Positions 1 to 9,481 of a stretch of DNA of 64,000 nt are shown here, piece after piece; position 1 is the first letter of the stretch; every line of letters begins with the position of its first letter. The stretch comes from Candidatus Poribacteria bacterium (GTDB lineage: Bacteria > Poribacteria > WGA-4E > PCPOR2b), in contig OZ240245.1 in assembly GCA_965198175.1 (NCBI GenBank), forward strand, positions 1,088,001 through 1,152,000, in the 5' to 3' direction. The notes under the pieces are model-generated. The model did no database searches. It was not told where the DNA came from and was given only the letters and a program-made list of their open reading frames with translations. The position numbers and the translations under genes are program-made.

Positions 1-68
1 GAATGATAGCATATCATAAATCACAGGACAGAAATGGATGTAACTTTGCTGGGTCGGATGGAGATAGC

Positions 69-1145
69 TTATGATACCAAAGCCATAATTTCGCCAGTGC
101 CTTGTGTTAAGGGTTCCAACGCTTTGCCCAAAATTGCGTTCCGCCTGCGCTCATTCTCATTAATGAGTTCAATCATTTCGTCGTTTCCCATCCCGCTTTG
201 CGCTTCCAGCAACTGGAATTTCATGGCGCAGCCTGATGTCGAGCTGGTGGTTAACCCGTCTCCCGCTTCAATTGGACCGTTCTCATCGGTTACCTTGACC
301 GGAACGCTTCCTGACAGAGTCAGGGGCACTGTCCGCTCATGATTCTGTGGACTAATCCTAATCGCCGGACTTTGAGAGACAACGCCGGCTATAGCAGTCT
401 CATAAGCATTCTCTGACCTCTTTACCGTCAGCCTGTCGTTTGTGTCAATCACCGCGACCTCCCCGGGTTCTAGTTCACCATTGTAGGGGAATGCTTGCGC
501 CAAACCTGTATGATGCGCTGTTCCGCCGACATCTAGCTGAGCACGTGGCGTTTCCGTTCCAACTCCAACGTTGCCTTCCGCACTTACGACGAAGTGCTTA
601 CTTTTTCTGCCGTTACTCGTAACCTCGAAAATATCGTCGGATTGCGACGCGGCGGCTTCTACGATAGCTTGTATTTCATCGATCATTCCTCTGACGTGGA
701 ATCTGCCTTCAGGTGGACCGTAGTCGTTTGGAGGAAGTCTTCCAATAATGAGCCTCCCGTCCTCATCGAGGACGAAAGCGTCAATCAGAGCGTCGCGAAT
801 GATTGCAAACTTGTATCCCGGCTGACTCGGAATCAAGATACACCACTGGTTGGGATGATCCCCTTTCCAGAGCCGGATTCCGACCTCCTTATCATTTCGC
901 GTGTTCATCAGATTCAGCAGGAAGGTAAAGCCGCCATTAGAAACGAAATAGGCTTCGTGCCAATAGGAGTCCTGCTCAGAGTGTTGATAGCCCTTAAAAA
1001 AGCGCAGCCATGGGAATCCGGAGGTGTCCTGGATATTGAGGGCATCCACATTGGTAAAATTGAGGGTGTGAATCGGATGGATGCCTACATCCTCTCCTGG
1101 CGAAAGTTCGATACTACTGGAGATGTTGCCTTTTTGTATTTTCAT
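69..1145 (-). CDS. Hypothetical protein with tail-fibre/adhesin-like repeat and C-terminal Peptidase G2-like (intramolecular chaperone) domain
   Basis: GNVGVGTETPRAQLDVGG repeat, followed by LEPGEVAVID...IAGVVS..P...VPLTLSGSVPVKV..ENGPIEAGDGLTTS...ILGKALE. Confidence 0.6.
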   Translation of the reverse strand: MKIQKGNISSSIELSPGEDVGIHPIHTLNFTNVDALNIQDTSGFPWLRFFKGYQHSEQDSYWHEAYFVSNGGFTFLLNLMNTRNDKEVGIRLWKGDHPNQWCILIPSQPGYKFAIIRDALIDAFVLDEDGRLIIGRLPPNDYGPPEGRFHVRGMIDEIQAIVEAAASQSDDIFEVTSNGRKSKHFVVSAEGNVGVGTETPRAQLDVGGTAHHTGLAQAFPYNGELEPGEVAVIDTNDRLTVKRSENAYETAIAGVVSQSPAIRISPQNHERTVPLTLSGSVPVKVTDENGPIEAGDGLTTSSTSGCAMKFQLLEAQSGMGNDEMIELINENERRRNAILGKALEPLTQGTGEIMALVS

Positions 1146-1202
1146 TTCTATGTACCTCGTACTTACCGAACAATTACTGATTGGGGTTCGGGTGCGTTAT
1201 CT

Positions 1203-3062
1203 TTAAAACCTGGGGTATCCAACAGTGAGCAACGCTTCAGCCACTTGACCGAAGGGGCGCCCGCCAACTGTTACATCCAAGCTGACCGGCTGACGTCGAT
1301 AGCATGTTCCGACCGGAGGTGTGATAGAGATTTGGATTTCTTTCTGCTCACGAGAGCCAAGTTCTACTTCAATAGATGGGCTTTCCCACCCATCGGGGCA
1401 AACCAATCTAGCGGTCGCTTTTTGGGCTGACGGAAAGGGATTGAGTATCCATCCCTGAAACTCCGCAGTTCCTCCGGTTGGAAGATGCAGCCGGTAGGGC
1501 GTGAGCTTCCCACCCTGCGACTCCGCTCCAAAATGAACATCGGAATCGCCTAATATCATCAACCGCTGGTGAATTTCGTCGAACGCATTTGCGCCATGTT
1601 CGAGTGCCTTGTACCATTCGTCACTGGTTTGGTAGGGCATCGTATGACCGGTCAATATCCATTCCGGTTGAAAACGACGAAGGTCTTCCAAGGTTCGTTT
1701 GTAGCAGCCGACATCAAGACCGTTTTTGTAGACGTAGTTGGCAAACAACTTCGCTCCGGATTCAAAATCCTTACCTTCCGTGTCGAAGAAGATCTGGTCT
1801 CCGGTATGCGCAATGCGCTTCCCGTCAATCTCCATGCAAACTAGTGTCGCAAAACGGGTGTGGCCTGACATCGGGTACAGGGTGATTGGAACGTCTTCCC
1901 AGTAGACTGTCTCAGCGTCGGGCAGGTGCCGGCTGACCTTTATCGGTTCGTGCCAAAGGCACGGGCGATCGTAGCGGTCGGGACGCTCAAGGATGTCGGA
2001 AAAGTGTGCTCCTGCCCAGACGGTTGTTCCAAACAGCCGCTGAAGCAGTGGAATGCCGTTCACGTGGTCGTCGTGGAAATGCGTCGCTAGAACTGTATCT
2101 ATTCGATCGATACCAAAGTGGTTCTTGAGCCCGTTCAGTCCGTGTAGGAATGGACGCCGATTAGACACGTGCTGCTTGGTCGGCGCCAGATAAGCCGCAG
2201 TGTGGTACCCATAATCCAGCGACATCACTTTTCCGCTTTTGCTGATGACAAAATGTGTATGAGCCCCTCCGTGCTTGGACCGGTAAAGGCGAGGCAAAAT
2301 TTCCTCGATGTCGTCTTCGTCCGGGTCGTTGAGCAAAGCCGCAAAACCGGGCACGATCTCATCCAAACGTTTGAGATTATTTTTGAAGGCACCAATTGCA
2401 CCAGTTGGGTCATCTATGGGTTCGCCGAGGCTAGGAAGCAGCATGTCTGGCTTGGCATCAAGCAAGCGAGAGCAACTGTGCCAGAGGTTTACTGCGCCGC
2501 TCATGTCGTTGTAATTGTATTGAAGTGGCGCCAATCGGGCGGTTCGTCCATGACCACAGATTACTTCTCCAACGAAAGCCAATCGCCGCCCGTTAATTGT
2601 GACGAGGTAGCTACTCGCTCCATTTGTGACGCCCGGTGTAGGAATGACCTCCCATTCTAGTCCTGCGATGTTTCGCGTTTCGTAGTCCATCATCCCGTCT
2701 GTAACCGGTATTGGGCGAATTGGCGAGAACCGGTCCCAGCGGTTATCATACGAATTCCAGATCTGTCGTTCGCGGAAGTGCTGATCAGGGTCCAAGTAAT
2801 ATTCTTCCTCCCAGTAGGGACCGTGTATTTTTGCACCGGCTGCATGTAGTCGAATTGAACCATCCGTATGGTCCCTAAAATGATGGGTAAGTAGAACCGT
2901 CACCGGTCCATTCTGAACGACCTCGCCGAGATGGTCCGCTGCTAAACCCGTACCCACATTGATTAGTACCGTTCCCTGAGGGCATTGGACTGCATATACC
3001 CGGCAACTATCCTGAAACATAAAGACGCCGTCGTGAATCTTTTGCCAAGCAGATGTGCTCAT
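1203..3062 (-). CDS. Tandem two-domain MBL-fold metallo-hydrolase with C-terminal Ig-like domain
   Basis: Two MBL motifs (THHFRDHTDG and THFHDDHVNG), SGHT and TGD motifs; AAGGAG RBS upstream. Confidence 0.85.
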   Translation of the reverse strand: MSTSAWQKIHDGVFMFQDSCRVYAVQCPQGTVLINVGTGLAADHLGEVVQNGPVTVLLTHHFRDHTDGSIRLHAAGAKIHGPYWEEEYYLDPDQHFRERQIWNSYDNRWDRFSPIRPIPVTDGMMDYETRNIAGLEWEVIPTPGVTNGASSYLVTINGRRLAFVGEVICGHGRTARLAPLQYNYNDMSGAVNLWHSCSRLLDAKPDMLLPSLGEPIDDPTGAIGAFKNNLKRLDEIVPGFAALLNDPDEDDIEEILPRLYRSKHGGAHTHFVISKSGKVMSLDYGYHTAAYLAPTKQHVSNRRPFLHGLNGLKNHFGIDRIDTVLATHFHDDHVNGIPLLQRLFGTTVWAGAHFSDILERPDRYDRPCLWHEPIKVSRHLPDAETVYWEDVPITLYPMSGHTRFATLVCMEIDGKRIAHTGDQIFFDTEGKDFESGAKLFANYVYKNGLDVGCYKRTLEDLRRFQPEWILTGHTMPYQTSDEWYKALEHGANAFDEIHQRLMILGDSDVHFGAESQGGKLTPYRLHLPTGGTAEFQGWILNPFPSAQKATARLVCPDGWESPSIEVELGSREQKEIQISITPPVGTCYRRQPVSLDVTVGGRPFGQVAEALLTVGYPRF

Positions 3063-3196
3063 TGCTTTTCTCCTTTTATTGTCGGTCTATCAGAAATCGT
3101 ATACCTTTTGCGTATCGCGCAACTGAACGCTTGTGCAGGCTTCAAGTTAAGCGGACAATCGGCGGGGATTGTCTCCAAGGCTTCAGTGGTTGAATG

Positions 3197-4462
3197 TTAT
3201 GGTTCTGACCGATTGCATGACCTTTCAGATTTCGTCTGCCCTGCGACAGCCAAGGCTCGCGCACCGACACCCAGAACGGATACGAACCCTTCAGAATCGG
3301 CGTGGTTGAAATCGCCGATCGCCTCCATTGAAGAGGTTTCCTCGGAGTAAAGTGAGTGTGGCGCCTCGCCGGCGGCGTGGAAGGCGACAGTGCCTTTATA
3401 CAGCGCGACAGTAATCACTCCTTGCACTAGGTGTGTGAATGGGTCAATTGACGCAAGCAGCGATTGTGTCGCGGGATCGAACCAGTAGCCTTGATAGATT
3501 TGTTCAGCAACCACCGCCGATACCTGCCCGAAAACACGTGTCGCCCGCCGATCCAAAATAAGTTGAAGCAGATATTCGTAACACCTGCCGATCAGTTCCA
3601 TCCCCGGCGATTCGTAGACCCCTCGACTCTTGATGCCAACAAATCGATTCTCGACTGTGTGTATGCCGATGCCGATTCCGTTTCGTCCACCGATTCGATT
3701 GGCTTCTGTCAAAGCTTTAAGGAGAGTGACTGGGCTCCCGTTAATTTCAACCGGAATTCCACTGGAAAAAGTTACGGTGAAATACTCAACTTCATCAGGG
3801 GCGTCCTTCGGATGCACGCCCATACCGGGAGTGATAAATCCAGCTGGGGTTTTGAGGGATTCCAATTTACCAGCTTCGTGGGTTAAGCCCAACAGGTTGG
3901 CGTCTGTCGAGTAGGGCTTCTCATGGGTTGCCCGAATCGGCAGACCGCGTTCGCTGCAATAATCAATCATCTCCTTTCTTCCGCCAAATCGCTCCAGAAA
4001 GGTCGCATCCCGCCATGGGGCGTATACGGACAAGTCGGGATTGAGCATATTTGCAGCGAGTTGAAACCGTACCTGATCGTTGCCGCGACCGGTGCAGCCA
4101 TGACTCAAGATGCTAATGCCACGCTTCTCCATCTCAGGGAGCAGCGCCTTGACCGTGACATGCCGTGCGATACCGGTCGTATTCCAGTAACCGCCTTCAT
4201 ATTTGGCTTGGCACTGAATCACCTTGATGCCAGCCATTGCAAGAGAATCTTTGGCATTGACGATAACTGCGTCTTGGGCACCGCATGCCAACATCCGCTC
4301 ACAGATTTCCTCTATATTCTCCTCGTCAGGTTGTCCGAGGTCTGCGGTGAAGCATATGACATTGACGTGATTGTCGACTAACCACCGGGTGATGGTACAG
4401 CTATCAAGCCCGCCGGAAACAGCGGCGCCAACGGTTTTTCCTTTTAGTGTTTCTACATTCAT
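3197..4462 (-). CDS. argG: Argininosuccinate synthase
   Basis: SGGLDS, HGCTGRGNDQVRF, YSTDANLLG, ENRFVGIKSRGVYESPG motifs. Confidence 0.96.
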   Translation of the reverse strand: MNVETLKGKTVGAAVSGGLDSCTITRWLVDNHVNVICFTADLGQPDEENIEEICERMLACGAQDAVIVNAKDSLAMAGIKVIQCQAKYEGGYWNTTGIARHVTVKALLPEMEKRGISILSHGCTGRGNDQVRFQLAANMLNPDLSVYAPWRDATFLERFGGRKEMIDYCSERGLPIRATHEKPYSTDANLLGLTHEAGKLESLKTPAGFITPGMGVHPKDAPDEVEYFTVTFSSGIPVEINGSPVTLLKALTEANRIGGRNGIGIGIHTVENRFVGIKSRGVYESPGMELIGRCYEYLLQLILDRRATRVFGQVSAVVAEQIYQGYWFDPATQSLLASIDPFTHLVQGVITVALYKGTVAFHAAGEAPHSLYSEETSSMEAIGDFNHADSEGFVSVLGVGARALAVAGQTKSERSCNRSEP

Positions 4463-4603
4463 TTTTTCTCCTTTTTTCCTTGTCTTAATGATACCGTTTT
4501 AATCTCAGACAAGATTGTTCAGAACCAATGGGTTGAACTGGTGCCCATATGGATTGCGCGGGTTCAGCACGAACACAGCCTTCATCTTATCTTTTTTCGC
4601 GTA

Positions 4604-5995
4604 TCATGTATTTCCATCCGATCGATGGCTGACAATCCAGAACGCAATCGCGATGTATACCATGGCGGGAAAGGACAGTAGCGTTGTGGATAACGCAATC
4701 CCTTCCAAGCCCCAGCGCTTCATGAAAATTAGGTTCAGAATCGGGTTAAAGGCTGTTCGGACCAGCGTCGCTGAGAAGACGAAAGTGACGTTCTGAAGGG
4801 AAAGGTGGGCGCGAATCAACAACCGACTGACTAAGCGAGGTAGCGTCCCAATCAGGTAAATTCCAAGCAAGGATGCAACATGAAGCCGTTCGGGCTCAGT
4901 CATCGCGCCGTGTCCGTACAGCAAATCTACAATGGCGATGCGGTAATAGTAAAATCCACAGATTAGCGGTCCCATCACGGCGACAATCGCGAGCACTCCC
5001 TTCCAAACGCTTTGCCGCAGGAACTGGATGTTGGCGTCGGCGGAGATTGCCGACCAATGGGAGAGCAGCACAGGCATAATAACGCCTGTCACGGTTTCAG
5101 GTATCGCACAAAGTCTGAAAGCATAATCCAATTTGGAAACGGAACCCGCACTTAAGGAAGTTGACATTCCTCGATCGACGACAGGATTGGCGCCGGAAGA
5201 TATTGCAGTGCCCATCATCAGGAAAAACTGCTTGATAAACCGTTTCGTTTTCGAATACGCTTGCCAGTGCCGCTGCGCGTTTACAAGGCTAAACAACCTC
5301 TTCAGTTTGAGCGAGAACCGACACACAATAAACAGCGTAATCGCCTGTAATAGTTCGCCGATAATGAGCGCAAAGACGATGCTCATCAAACCAATCGATT
5401 GTTTAAACGCGTAGATTAGCCCGATGACGGCAGGTACTGCGAGCGCTTGGACAATCGCCGGCAAACTGAAGCGCTGATAAGCATCCAAGACGGCTCTGAA
5501 TATCCACCGAATCGAAGCAGAGATCGTGAAAATCGCAAGTCCACAAACTATACCAATGGCGAGGCTGCCGGGGATGTTCGGGTGCGGTAGGAAGAGGCTT
5601 GAAACAAAATAGCAAATGCTAAAGATCACGCAGCAGATGCTGGGCATGCCGATTAGATAGACCGAAAAGATTGCTCGCAGACACACACTTGCATCGGCGT
5701 GACTCTTCGCGCGTTCCTCCGCTAGCATCGGAATCAACACTGAATACGCGGAAGCTGAACTCAGGATCTGAATAAGAAAGATTGCAATCCCCCAATAGTA
5801 ATAGAGAAAATCCATCTCCGGATTCACGCCGAACCAGTTGGCGAGAACAGCGTAAATCAGCAACATGCCGCCGCGGCTCATCAGGCTTACCGGGGTCACA
5901 ATCAGGAGGTTCTTTAGGATGGATTGATGGGGCGCCGAGATGTGGAAGCGAGAGATAAGGTTTTTGGTCGCGATGCGAATTTTGGGATGGATCAT
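4604..5995 (-). CDS. MurJ/MviN-like MOP-superfamily flippase
   Basis: About 12 hydrophobic segments; VVDRGMSTSLSAGSVSKLDYAFRL and GLEGIALSTT resemble MviN; coupled to the glycosyltransferase gene. Confidence 0.8.
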   Translation of the reverse strand: MIHPKIRIATKNLISRFHISAPHQSILKNLLIVTPVSLMSRGGMLLIYAVLANWFGVNPEMDFLYYYWGIAIFLIQILSSASAYSVLIPMLAEERAKSHADASVCLRAIFSVYLIGMPSICCVIFSICYFVSSLFLPHPNIPGSLAIGIVCGLAIFTISASIRWIFRAVLDAYQRFSLPAIVQALAVPAVIGLIYAFKQSIGLMSIVFALIIGELLQAITLFIVCRFSLKLKRLFSLVNAQRHWQAYSKTKRFIKQFFLMMGTAISSGANPVVDRGMSTSLSAGSVSKLDYAFRLCAIPETVTGVIMPVLLSHWSAISADANIQFLRQSVWKGVLAIVAVMGPLICGFYYYRIAIVDLLYGHGAMTEPERLHVASLLGIYLIGTLPRLVSRLLIRAHLSLQNVTFVFSATLVRTAFNPILNLIFMKRWGLEGIALSTTLLSFPAMVYIAIAFWIVSHRSDGNT

Positions 5996-7164
5996 TTCCC
6001 CGAATTGTGGTTTTCGAGAATTTCTCGATAAACGGCTTCCAATTGCTGGATAGATTGTTCATTATCGAACAGCCGGTGAATCCTTGCCTGTGCTTGTTCG
6101 CCCAGGGCTTCGGCGAACGCCCCATCCGTCAAAACACCGTGGATTGCCCGCGCTAACGCCTCTGGATCCGCGGCTGGAACTAGCACCCCACTCTTTCTAT
6201 CCTCAATTAAGTCAGAGACACTTCCCACGTCGGAAGCGATACAGGGGAGCCCGATCTCCATTGCCTCAATTAGTGCGTTTGGTGCGCTTTCGTGCAGCGA
6301 CGGAAGAACGAAAAGATTTGCGTCAGATAGAATCGGGAGGATATCCTCACAGAAGCCGGGTAGGCGTAAGCGATTCGAAAGATGATGGCTATCAGCGAAG
6401 CGACCTAACTCATCTTTTAACTCACCCTCTCCAAGGATTGTCACTGTGAAATCTGAGAAGTTGAACTTTGTGTTGAGTAGATTTAACGCTTTGATTAGGT
6501 ACCGGTAGCCTTTTTCAGGGACTAATCTACCGACGCTCACGATGTGTTGCACGGGCAAATCAGGTTGACTCGCGTTCCCAAGTTTACTTTGCCGCACTGA
6601 TAAAGGAGATGGATTTGGAGAACGGATAATATTCTGAATTGTTAAGATACGCTTTTCGGGATAACGCGCTCGAAGATTGTCCTGGAGGCGATTGGCATTG
6701 GTCAGGATAACGTCCGCGTGGTTGTAGATGATTCGTTCTGTCAACCAGAGTCGCAGTCGCCCATATCTAGCATGATAGTCACCGCGCTGTGAGACAATGA
6801 ATGGAATATCAGATAATATCGAAAATTGACGTGCAAGCCCACAGAGGAAATTGGAATACCAGAGCCAACTGTGAACGATTGATGGCTGGACTACTTTAAC
6901 AGTCCCCGCGAGTTTGAAGACCTTCGCGATTAAAGCCGATAAAGAACCTCTCCTTCCGATGCGCAGGACAGTAATTCCCTTGACAATCGGGAGTTTTGCC
7001 AGTCGTTTTAACCAGACTCCCTCTTCCCGGCTCAACACAACAAAGGCTTCAAAGCTGTCCCGGTTCAACCGCGCTAAGGTCCTGAGTAGCTGTGTTTCAG
7101 CCCCGCCTCTTCCCATCGAGTCGACAACAAAGAGAATCCGTATCCGATTCAAGGTCACCCTCAA
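5992..7164 (-). CDS. Glycosyltransferase family 4 (GT-B)
   Basis: GGAE, VGRLVPEKG, FVLPSLHESAPNALIEAM, ASDVG motifs. Confidence 0.93.
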   Translation of the reverse strand: MRVTLNRIRILFVVDSMGRGGAETQLLRTLARLNRDSFEAFVVLSREEGVWLKRLAKLPIVKGITVLRIGRRGSLSALIAKVFKLAGTVKVVQPSIVHSWLWYSNFLCGLARQFSILSDIPFIVSQRGDYHARYGRLRLWLTERIIYNHADVILTNANRLQDNLRARYPEKRILTIQNIIRSPNPSPLSVRQSKLGNASQPDLPVQHIVSVGRLVPEKGYRYLIKALNLLNTKFNFSDFTVTILGEGELKDELGRFADSHHLSNRLRLPGFCEDILPILSDANLFVLPSLHESAPNALIEAMEIGLPCIASDVGSVSDLIEDRKSGVLVPAADPEALARAIHGVLTDGAFAEALGEQAQARIHRLFDNEQSIQQLEAVYREILENHNSGK

Positions 7165-8177
7165 TGCGTGGCACTTGTCAGTTGTTTAGCTCGAAGCGTG
7201 GGGCTTTCCAGGACTTCCAGGTTCACAACCGAATCTGGTATCTGCCCTGTTAAAACCTTTGCGACAGCCGTTGCCGCCTTGATCTCAAGATCGTAGATGG
7301 ACTCCTCTGACATGAACGCGGCATGCGGGGTGATAATGATGTTGTCCAAGCCGAGAAGGGGTTCGTCGGTGGCGGGGGGCTCCAGCGAAAGTACATCCAA
7401 AGCGGCGCCGGCAATCCAGCCTTCAGCTAACGCTTTGTGAAGCGCAGTTGAGTCGATGATATCCCCCCGAGACGTGTTGATGATGTAAGCGGTCGGCTTC
7501 ATTTGGCGGAGTTCCTTCTCTCCAATCAGTCCTTCCGTTTCGGGCGTCAGCGGCGCGTGGATGGTGATGAAATCTGAACGTGTAAGCAATCCGGGAAGAT
7601 TAGTATACTCCGCACCGTGCTTTTGAGCAATCTGCGGCGTCAATCGTGGTGAAAATGCCAATACTTCTAATCCAAAGGCTCTCGCTTTCGGCGGGATTGC
7701 TTCCCCAATTTTTCCGAGCCCGATGATGCCTAGCGTTTGACCGCGCATTCGGTGCATTGATGGTCCCACGTCTCGGTTCCATTCACCGCTTCTCACACCC
7801 CGGTCCAACAGGGAAACTTTCCGAGCGCATGCCAACAGAAGTGCCATTGCATGATCGGAGACCTCATCAACGCAGAAAACCGGGACGTTTGTTACAACGA
7901 TTCCCAACGCTGTTGCGGTCTCTACATCAATATTATCAACGCCGATCCCAGTCCGTCCGATTACCTTGCATTCGCGGGCGGCTTGAATGACGTTGCCGGT
8001 CGTCGGCTTCCAATTGGTGAGAATACCATCAGCCTCTGGTGCAAGAGCGACGAGCTCCTCCTCCGTCCCGGTCTCGGCGACAATCAGTTCCGCCCCGATC
8101 TCTGCGAGGACTTGGCGCTCTAGCTCGACGGAGGGCCAACCGTAATCGGTCATTACAACCCTATATGTGGAGGACAC
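7161..8177 (-). CDS. D-isomer-specific 2-hydroxyacid dehydrogenase (CtBP-like)
   Basis: GIGVDNID, GIIGLGKIG, INTSRG, AALDV, TPHAAF; start placed at GTG 8177 behind AAAGGA. Confidence 0.92.
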   Translation of the reverse strand: MSSTYRVVMTDYGWPSVELERQVLAEIGAELIVAETGTEEELVALAPEADGILTNWKPTTGNVIQAARECKVIGRTGIGVDNIDVETATALGIVVTNVPVFCVDEVSDHAMALLLACARKVSLLDRGVRSGEWNRDVGPSMHRMRGQTLGIIGLGKIGEAIPPKARAFGLEVLAFSPRLTPQIAQKHGAEYTNLPGLLTRSDFITIHAPLTPETEGLIGEKELRQMKPTAYIINTSRGDIIDSTALHKALAEGWIAGAALDVLSLEPPATDEPLLGLDNIIITPHAAFMSEESIYDLEIKAATAVAKVLTGQIPDSVVNLEVLESPTLRAKQLTSATH

Positions 8178-8252
8178 GGCTGATTTCCTTTCTTTGCGCA
8201 GCATTTGCGGCGAAAGTCTTTGAAAAGTAAAGTATATCCGTATTCCGAGAAT

Positions 8253-9254
8253 CTACTCCTCTGCAAACGCTGCATCGAAAGCCGCAGCCGGAGGTTCAAA
8301 ATCAATAGCCTTGATTCTCGCACACGATTCTTCTGCACCCCGCTCACGATCCATACCGCTGTCTTCCCATTCAATCGAAAGGGGACCAGCATACCCGATG
8401 CGATTGAGCGCTCGAACAATTTCCCCAAAATCGATATTCCCGTGCCCGATTGAGCGAAAATCCCAGTAGCGCCGTGCATCACCGAAGTTGAGGTGCCCGC
8501 CAAATACACCTGAGGAACGCGGTGTCGATGACCACCAGACGTCCTTCATGTGCACGTGATAGATGCGATCTGCGAATCGATCGATGAAGTCGATGTAATC
8601 AACACCTTGATAGCCAAGATGACTCGGATCGTAGTTGAGTCCGAACGCCTCCCGTCCGTTGACCGCCTCCATGGCTCGTTCTGTGCTAACGATATCAAAG
8701 GCAATCTCAGTTGGGTGCACTTCAAGCCCGAACTTAACGCCAACTTCATCAAATACGTCGAAGATTGGATTCCATCGGTCGGCGAAATCCTGATAGCCCC
8801 CGTCAATCATCTCAGGGGTGTTGGGCGGGAAAGAATAAAGTAGATGCCAGATACTGCTACCGGTAAACCCGTTAACCACACTCACGCCGAGTTTGGCAGC
8901 TGCACGTGCGGTGTTTTTCATTTCTTCAGCTGCCCGCTGACGAACACCTTCAGGATCCCCGTCTCCCCATACGTAAGGCGGAAGAACCGCCTGGTGCCGG
9001 CTATCAATATTGTCGCACACCGCTTGTCCAATCAGATGATTACTAATTGACCAGACCTTAAGGCCGTATGTCGCTAAGAGATCGTGCCGCCCTTGACAAT
9101 AGCTGTCATCCTCCAGGGCTTTTTGAACGTCAAAATGATCTCCCCAGCATCCCAATTCTAACCCATCATATCCCCATTGACTGGTTTTTTTCGCCAAATC
9201 CTCAAGGGTTAAATCTGCCCACTGTCCAGTGATCAGTGTTACAGGTCTTGCCAT
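8253..9254 (-). CDS. Sugar phosphate isomerase/epimerase (xylose isomerase-like TIM barrel)
   Basis: GYDGLEL, LEVHP, YDPSH, HVHMKD, SIEWED. Confidence 0.9.
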   Translation of the reverse strand: MARPVTLITGQWADLTLEDLAKKTSQWGYDGLELGCWGDHFDVQKALEDDSYCQGRHDLLATYGLKVWSISNHLIGQAVCDNIDSRHQAVLPPYVWGDGDPEGVRQRAAEEMKNTARAAAKLGVSVVNGFTGSSIWHLLYSFPPNTPEMIDGGYQDFADRWNPIFDVFDEVGVKFGLEVHPTEIAFDIVSTERAMEAVNGREAFGLNYDPSHLGYQGVDYIDFIDRFADRIYHVHMKDVWWSSTPRSSGVFGGHLNFGDARRYWDFRSIGHGNIDFGEIVRALNRIGYAGPLSIEWEDSGMDRERGAEESCARIKAIDFEPPAAAFDAAFAEE

Positions 9255-9337
9255 TTCTTAAGCTCCTTACAATTTTCTGAGTTTCGATGAGGAATAACGG
9301 TGAATCAACCGAAGAACCTTCCAGCCTCGACGGAGGC

Positions 9338-9366
9338 ATTATAACACGATTGGGATTTTCTGTCAA
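9338..9366 (-). promoter_or_regulatory. Consensus sigma-70 promoter for the isomerase/dehydrogenase/GT/flippase run
   Basis: Minus strand TTGACA-17 nt-TATAAT with extended TG. Confidence 0.75.
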
Positions 9367-9481
9367 TCTCAGCCGGTGTAGATGTCAAACGACATGAGGA
9401 AATGAAAGGACAACCTAAACCGTCGCTAACCGCCTATTCTAATTACTATAGATTCGTATTCTCTCTACCTGCTCGGAAGCC

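Noticed and set aside
594..1430. 278 aa + strand ORF
   Set aside because: Antisense shadow of two well-supported minus-strand genes; no motifs
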